This document shows positions 62,456 through 64,000 of a stretch of 64,000 nucleotides of DNA, one piece after another. The notes beneath the pieces were generated by a model, which was not told the DNA's origin, did no database searches, and saw only the letters and a program-made list of their open reading frames with translations. Position 1 is the stretch's first letter, and every line of letters starts with the position of its first letter. Origin of the DNA: Sphyrna mokarran (taxonomy: Eukaryota); NCBI GenBank assembly GCA_024679065.1, contig JAGIQG010000023.1:26536001-26600000 (forward strand). The letters are read 5' to 3'. Made by a program: the position numbers and the translations under genes.

Positions 62456-62641
62456 CAATAACATTTAAATAGAACAATTTAGGAATATGAATTATGAATA
62501 TGAATTGAGCAACCCAAAGAGGGTCATTGGGTATAACCCAACAAGAGTCACAATATGTTATTGTGGGCTGGAGCTTGTTTGAGCAATGCATCTCAAGATG
62601 TACATTGTTCATTTGACATTTTCCTGCTCCCTTAAGATCAA

Positions 62642-62744
62642 GATGTGGAGATGCTGACTTTGGACTGGGATAAACACAGTAAGAAGTCTGATAACCCCAA
62701 GTTTAAGGTTGGACTTAAACCTAGTGTTGTCAGACTCCTTACTG
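62642..62744. mobile_element. Penelope-like hairpin mini-insertion with 13-bp TSD
   Basis: cccttaagatcaa at 62629-62641 and 62745-62757; gatgtggagatgc end; arms cagtaagaagtctga / tcagactccttactg. Confidence 0.7.
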
Positions 62745-63667
62745 CCCTTAAGATCAATCCATTTATCATTAACTTCCCGTAAGTGTGAACTGATAATTTT
62801 GTGGCAAGGGCAGCCGGATATCGGAGACTTTACTAAACAGTGGGATCTGAAGAATACCTCTTAAACAATGAGAGTGAAGGATTGAGATAGAAACAGGAAT
62901 GAAAGTGAAGGAAATTAGATTAATTAAATTCAAAGCCAGTACAGAAAAAGACATGAAGAGAGGGGGAAGCGACTGGGATAAAGATAGGAAGAAAAAACAC
63001 AGAAGGGAAAAGATTTTTGCAAAGATAACTTTTTAGAATCTCTGAGAACAATTCACCAGCTGAGAGAGTGAGACGCCATACTTTCAATCGTTCCTCTTTA
63101 ATTGACCAGAGAAGTTGATTGGCATTGAATTAACAATCATCACATCATTGAAAGGGCACTTACACTGTTAATTACCAGAACAATTCATTTCACCACTTTG
63201 AATGGAAAATTAATTTGCAAGTGCAGTAAATTTTTAAGAACATTAAAGACAAGCACTAATGAGAACCTCCATTCATCAAATGTTTGCTCAGAGTGGATAC
63301 CTGAGCAGCAACTTTGAGATTTTTAGTTCACGTCATGGCCGGGATTTTCCAGCCATTCATATCCCCCTGCCGCTGCAAACGAGGATGGGGAATTTGGCTT
63401 CATCCAAATTTCCGTTCACTGCAGCAGGACCAGAGAATCTAGCTGGCATAAACAACTGGAAAATCTCAGCCCACAGCATAAAGGAATTGGAGTGAGCGAG
63501 GGGCAAATAATGGGAAGCCCATTGATCTCGGATGGGGTTTTACGGTTTTGGGACGAGTTGAGGCCTTAAATCCCATCCCATATCTCAATCCCTGAACCTG
63601 TGATTCTATTTGCAAATTAACAGCGCTGTGCATCATTCACATCCCATTATATTTCCAGTAAAGTCAT

Positions 63668-64000
63668 TGAAATCAGACAAAACCTACAGTACAGAAAGAG
63701 GCCATTCAGCCCATCAAGTCTGCACTGACCACAATCCCACCCAGCCCGTACCCCCATATCCCTACATACTTACCCACTAATTCATGCATCTTAGGACACT
63801 AAGGGGCAATTACCATGGTCAATCAACCTAACCCGCACATCTTTGGATTGTGGGAGGAAACCGAAGCACCTGGAGGAAACCCACAGAGACACAAGGAGAA
63901 TGTGCAAACTCCACACAGACAGTGACCCAAGGTGGGAATCGAACCCAGGTCCCTGAAGCTGTGAAGCAGCATTGCTAATCACTGTGGTGCCTTGCCGCCC
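63668..64000 (-). mobile_element. HE1-type V-SINE, full length
   Basis: tail cctacagtacagaaagaggccattc, V-domain, head ending gccgccc at the window edge. Confidence 0.9.

Overview
Eukaryotic (vertebrate) genomic DNA, almost certainly from a shark/elasmobranch (inferred from dense HE1-type V-SINEs and CR1/HER1-type LINEs). The whole window lies inside one + strand gene, an inositol 1,4,5-trisphosphate receptor most similar to ITPR3. Fifteen internal GT-AG coding exons (2072 nt, about 690 codons, approx. human ITPR3 exons 5-19) splice into one open frame covering the end of the suppressor domain, the IP3-binding core and the start of the coupling region. No start or stop codon is in the window. 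Introns are packed with retroposons: about 20 HE1 V-SINEs, a V-SINE variant with a different tail, a second tRNA-SINE family, a DeuSINE, many CR1 fragments (several nested), an old L2, MITE-like elements and tiny Penelope-like hairpin insertions with target-site duplications. There is a 158-N assembly gap. Most notable: (i) a ~290-bp element headed by U2 snRNA nt 1-37 with a second internal U2-like segment, hairpins and an A-rich tail (candidate U2-derived SINE); (ii) a CR1 lineage carrying a V-SINE domain inside its 3' UTR, whose inverted copies bracket a frame-neutral 45-nt exon at the ITPR1 SI-equivalent position; (iii) 47-161 bp Penelope-like insertions with TSDs and hammerhead-ribozyme remnants. 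Repeat family names come from recalled consensus sequences, not from a database search, and repeat boundaries are approximate.
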